Shown here in pieces: positions 59,601 through 64,000 of a stretch of 64,000 nt of DNA; positions within the stretch are counted from its first letter, which is position 1, and the number at the start of each line of letters is the position of its first letter. Both the position numbers and the translations under genes were made by a program. The DNA lies in the NCBI GenBank assembly GCA_030141605.1, contig JAQGDQ010000320.1:62001-126000 (forward strand), read 5' to 3'. The notes beneath the pieces are model-generated. The model was not told where the DNA came from. It searched no databases and was given only the letters and a program-made list of their open reading frames with translations. This DNA comes from Tubiluchus corallicola (lineage: Eukaryota > Animalia > Priapulida).

Positions 59601-61665
59601 TACCATTGAGTATACACATCTGCGAATAGAGATTGGTTTAGATTATTGGGATTTCGAATTTATAAGAGCAACCGGTGATGTTGACTTTACACTGTCACCG
59701 TAATGATGGTTTTATTAAAAAAAAAGCAAGAATGTGATTTAGAGGTGAACATATCTGTCCAATTAATTATGCAAAATTTTGTTGATCTGCAGATGCCAAA
59801 CGTTCACTACATAATTAAAGATGAAAATAATAAGCAAGTTACATAAATTGCTTAAGAAAACTACTTACTGTGCTGTATGATGCTATGACAGATCAAATAG
59901 TATTACTCATCGCTATTATAAATTTGTTATAAAAGCTGGCATCACTGATAAAATTTAATACTTACTAAACAAACAAAATGTTTCGTGAAGTACAATTTAG
60001 TACTTTTATTAAACAAACAAAACGTTTCGTGGGCGGCCCTCCACATTGTCAATTGTTAACAACTGTAAGGCAAAATCTTCAGCAATTGGTATGATCATAT
60101 ACTGAAGTAATGAGGGAGATCTTTGGAACTAACAAGCTTAGGTATGATGCGATTGCAGCTACCGTCCGCGACCAGCCCAGGAAGTAAAAGCAAATTATTG
60201 GCAGCAAGCGCTTACCTGACCCTGGGAAGTGTTTGGAACCGGAGTCGTGACGGAAGACACAATCGGAGGAGTTGGGTTCTGCATGCTCCGAAGGCCAGCA
60301 TAACAGTACTGAGAGTTGCCTCGGTTGCCTAATCGCCGAGGCTTGATGTTGGGAAATGCAATCTTCATAATTTTGCCAAAATCTGCTTGCGACACAGACT
60401 TCATCCGATGCTTATCACAGTATGCTCTGCAATACAAACACTCAGTGTCAGGACAAGTTCATTCGCTTTAATGCTAGAGTATCAAATTCAGATGGGACCC
60501 GATTCTTGTTTAATTTTACTGAATTACAATGGCTACACAAAGTACATGTTTCATTTTGATAGTTAAATGTTAAAAAGCTGCAACAAAGCGCAGAAAATAT
60601 TATCAATTTTAGAGTATCATGTACGTCACCCTTTCCAAGTTGTTGAAATTTGAAATAGGCTACCCAATATGCCAAAGTACGAAGTGATTTACCTGTATTC
60701 ATTATACACCTCATGTTTGGGAATCGAAATACCAGGATCCTCTTGAAGATGGCTCCTAATCCAGGTGACGGCATTTGACTGATCTTGGCGGCTAATAACA
60801 GTTACTGGCGTGCCTCCATCTTGTACCCTGAAATCAGATGCGCAAGTTCATTAATTTGACTGCGTTGAATAACCATTAAAATTTATAACAATAAATGTTT
60901 ACAGTGACTTGCCAGTACCATTCAGTCTATTTGCTTAGACAAGTTTCTACTGCACACTGACGCACGTCCACAGAATTTCTTAAGAAAATATTATGGCTAA
61001 AAAATTTTTTAGCAGTAAACCAAGACACACATCAACCCTTTGTTTGTTCGCACAATCCACGAGTAGTCGGCTGATTTGCATAGTGTAGTTATGTTCATGT
61101 ACGTCACTTACATAGAGTCGATTCTCTTTTATTTCCGTTGTCTAGACAGTGTTTAGCTAACTGTAACTGCCCTTCTGCATTTAGGGGGTTGGCCTAATGA
61201 GCCTGCCCCCCCCCCTCACGGTAGTAGTGAGTTTAGATTTTCATGAATTTCTCATTGTTTTGTTATCTCTCTGAGTCACTGCATCAACGTCATGTGCTTC
61301 GCAAGAGCAAGTCTATCCAGGGCCTATTTCAAGGGGGGGGGGGGGGTAAGTGGGGATACTTCCCCGGGGCCTCATCCTCCAGGGGGGCCTCGTGCGAAGA
61401 TAATATTTTTTGTTTTATGTGAACATACTACCTCCTGTCTCCCGCGCTCTCTCTCTCCCGCTCTCCCTCTCTCTCTGTTAGATACACACACACACACTGT
61501 TACATATGATTGTACAACCACAGATGAAAAACGAAGAAAAAGCTGCTAACTTACTGTACAGGTGGTGAACCCTTCGGCAACTTCAGGTACAACAGCAGTT
61601 TCTCAACATCGGTGAGCTTGCCAATATCTTTCAGTAGCTCAGCAACGTGTTGCTTTACTTCATCA
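53676..61665 (-). CDS. RFX7: RFX5/RFX7-type winged-helix transcription factor (first coding exon unresolved)
   Basis: Exons 61665-61555 ([18 protein letters not shown]5_N-like), 60827-60693 ([23 protein letters not shown]), 60426-60216 ([39 protein letters not shown]), 58778-58580 ([12 protein letters not shown]), 56449-53676 (2.77-kb terminal exon, S/P/Q-rich); all phase-compatible. Probably co-orthologous to vertebrate RFX5 and RFX7. Confidence 0.9.
56488..56961 (+). mobile_element. piggyBac-type MITE, copy 1
   Basis: TTAA|CCCTTTCA ... TGAAAGGG|TTAA; internal palindrome GTATCCCGTGGGATAC near both ends. Confidence 0.9.
57822..58281 (+). mobile_element. piggyBac-type MITE, copy 2
   Basis: Same TIR and TTAA TSD, highly similar to copy 1; appears nested in an older Tigger-like remnant (~57255-58323). 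Confidence 0.9.
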
Positions 61666-63703
61666 CTGAGAATAAAAACTAGGCTTTAAAATGTTGCCTT
61701 CCTGACTGAAAACCTTGTTGTTTAAAGCAAAACCGGACACAATCTTAAACTGTGTTTCAGAACTATCTACTCTAAAATATTGAAAAGAAACACACTATTT
61801 TTTAAAAAACGACTTACGTGAAAGAATTATTACCACACAAACACAATTTCGTGTTCGTGCCACTAGTTCTTCGCTGTTACATGCATTTTGCCATACGCTA
61901 GTTAGTCACTAGCACCTGCATTTCGGAAACGCATTGCACAAAAAATAGGTGCCGTACCTCTCGGTTCAGATGTGTTACTTTCTAACGAACTACGGACATT
62001 CGACAGCTCATGCGTGAGCACAGTAGTAAATTTGAAATTTGAATTTTTATCTTAACGCTTGTCTAGTTTTAGTACAACACACTGAATATCTTACAGTAGC
62101 ACTGTACTTCAATTTTCGCCTTCACAAACACGTTCAACATGCTCGTGGAATATTTTTGCTGTTGAAAATTATGCTAGTTTGCGATGTCATCAATAATTGC
62201 GCTCGCCCGCCATTAATTAAGTTTTTAATCTATTATTTTACTATCAGAAACGCTTTTGCAGTATTAACTGTGTTAAAATGCATACTTTTAAAATGTACTT
62301 AAAATGTGGACTTGAAAATGGGGTAGTATATGAAAAACCAGATCGTCTTCCTTTAAAGGGAAATAGTAGGCCTACTTAATTTTAGATATGTCTCAAAATG
62401 ATCTAAAGTATAAAATTGAAAGGTAAAACATTGTTTTTTTAAATGATTTACATTACAGTACTTATTACAGTGGAAGCATAATTTCATTGTTGTACATTTA
62501 TGACATACACACTTCAATGGGAAACAGATGAGATGACTTTTAGCACTGTCAAATCTGCGTTATCATTACAGTACATAATACAGTAAAACAGTACATAATA
62601 CAGCATTTTTCAACCGGCTCAAATAAATGTGACAAAAAGGAATCATACGAAAAACGATGACAAAGCTATTGTGTCCATTTTTCACAACTCACAAATCTCA
62701 AAACATGTTCACAGAATGCTTAAATCACACCTTTAGTAGATTAATTAAGGAATTTTAAGCTTAAGTGCATAACTTAACACAAAAAGTTTAAATTACTGGC
62801 AGGGTTAGACAAGGAAAACATACGTAATTCTACAATTTATGTGCACACGGACACAAGCAGCAAAGCAAGCATTAAGGTACAGCTTATGTTTACAAATATC
62901 GATAGTAAATGTTTAGCCACAAACTGATATCTATTTCACCTGGATTAAAGGCTGTTTGATTGTACAGGCTGGTGAGGACGAGAGAACATAATCAGTTTAC
63001 AGTTTTGGTCTAGCTTTTTATGGAAATTTAAATAAAAATGGGGTAGAAGAAGCATTTCAAATAGTAAAAACAATTAAAAAGCTACATTTACTCAGTTAAT
63101 TAATTCACGACGTTTAAAATCCTAAATAAATAACCGAGATCTTTATTAAGTGAAAACAATGTAAACAACACAGAACGAGTTTAAATTACAAGTGAAAATA
63201 ATGGCACGGTAATTAATTTTGGTAACTAAAAGTAAAAGACACCTATTTTAGCATTTCAAATAAAATATTAAGGTATTTCTAAAAGAATATGACTGATAAA
63301 AAACTGTGAAGTCTGAACTAAGATCAAGTCCATGTTGATTTTCAAGAGCAAGTCACTCCAAGAGAGCGAAGATCTCCGACTTTATGATACCAAATTTTGC
63401 TGTTATTGTGGCCTTTGCTACATTATTCATAAATTTTGTTTTACATCAGATTGTGAATGCATGCACAAGGCAGTGATCATATAATTTTTAGTACTGCAAA
63501 ATAAACCTTTATTAGCCACTGTTCGAACACAATTTCGCACTAAATTTATAATACGAAATTACGCAATTTTAGATAAAACTCTGAAATGCCTAAAACAGTA
63601 TGAGTAATTTTCACTTGAGCACATCACACAGCACAGGGCACCTGAAACTCTAAAAATTCTAGTTTCAGCAAAATATGCAATCATGAAACAGACAAACAAA
63701 CAC

Positions 63704-63704
<1 letters not shown>

Positions 63705-63763
<59 letters not shown>

Positions 63764-64000
63764 CTTTATTTAAAGTGGGTTTTTGGGTCAAGAATTAACA
63801 TTGGCTCAAAGAGCTATTATCGCCGACTGTAAATAACAACCTACAACTACATAACAGAGACTATTATCACCCCGCTTTTACCCTAAATATCACGCGTCAG
63901 GCAGAGCAACAGCAGGTACCATTTTTAAAGTCTTTGGTATGACCCGGCCGCTGGTTCGAACTCACGACCTGCCAGACGGAAAGCAGACGCATCACCCTAG
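63705..64000 (-). mobile_element. tRNA-derived SINE with Meta-like core, copy 2, with (TTA)n tail; 5' end cut by window edge
   Basis: Near-identical to 18895-19120; (TAA)n at 63705-63763 forms the 3' tail. Confidence 0.8.

Overview
AT-rich, intron-rich, repeat-rich eukaryotic DNA from a non-vertebrate animal (taxon not determinable by eye). Gene order: 3' end of a Gly-X-Y collagen (+, large exon, no recognisable C-terminal globular domain); an intronless, internally deleted DHRS4-like SDR pseudogene (-); a complete 12-exon NAGPA/uncovering-enzyme gene (+, 8869-29259); a complete 8-exon CFDP1/BCNT gene (-, 36088-45799), divergent from a 3-exon HYPK gene (+, 50212-51344); and an RFX5/RFX7-type transcription factor (-, at least 5 exons, N-terminus unresolved). 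Introns and spacers hold many hAT, Tc1/mariner-pogo, piggyBac and possibly Harbinger MITEs, LINE and Penelope remnants, a probable solo LTR, tRNA- and 5S-derived SINEs, and many minisatellites. The most unusual signal is repeated tandem duplication of splice sites. The NAGPA exon-5 acceptor occurs four times, each as YAG|GTGAGT (recursive-splice-site architecture). The last-exon acceptor occurs three times, and the upstream copies would give a TM-less enzyme. The exon-7 donor occurs twice. In CFDP1 a 60-bp satellite grows out of a donor site. All gene models were built by hand from phase-compatible GT-AG sites and remembered homology; no database search was run.
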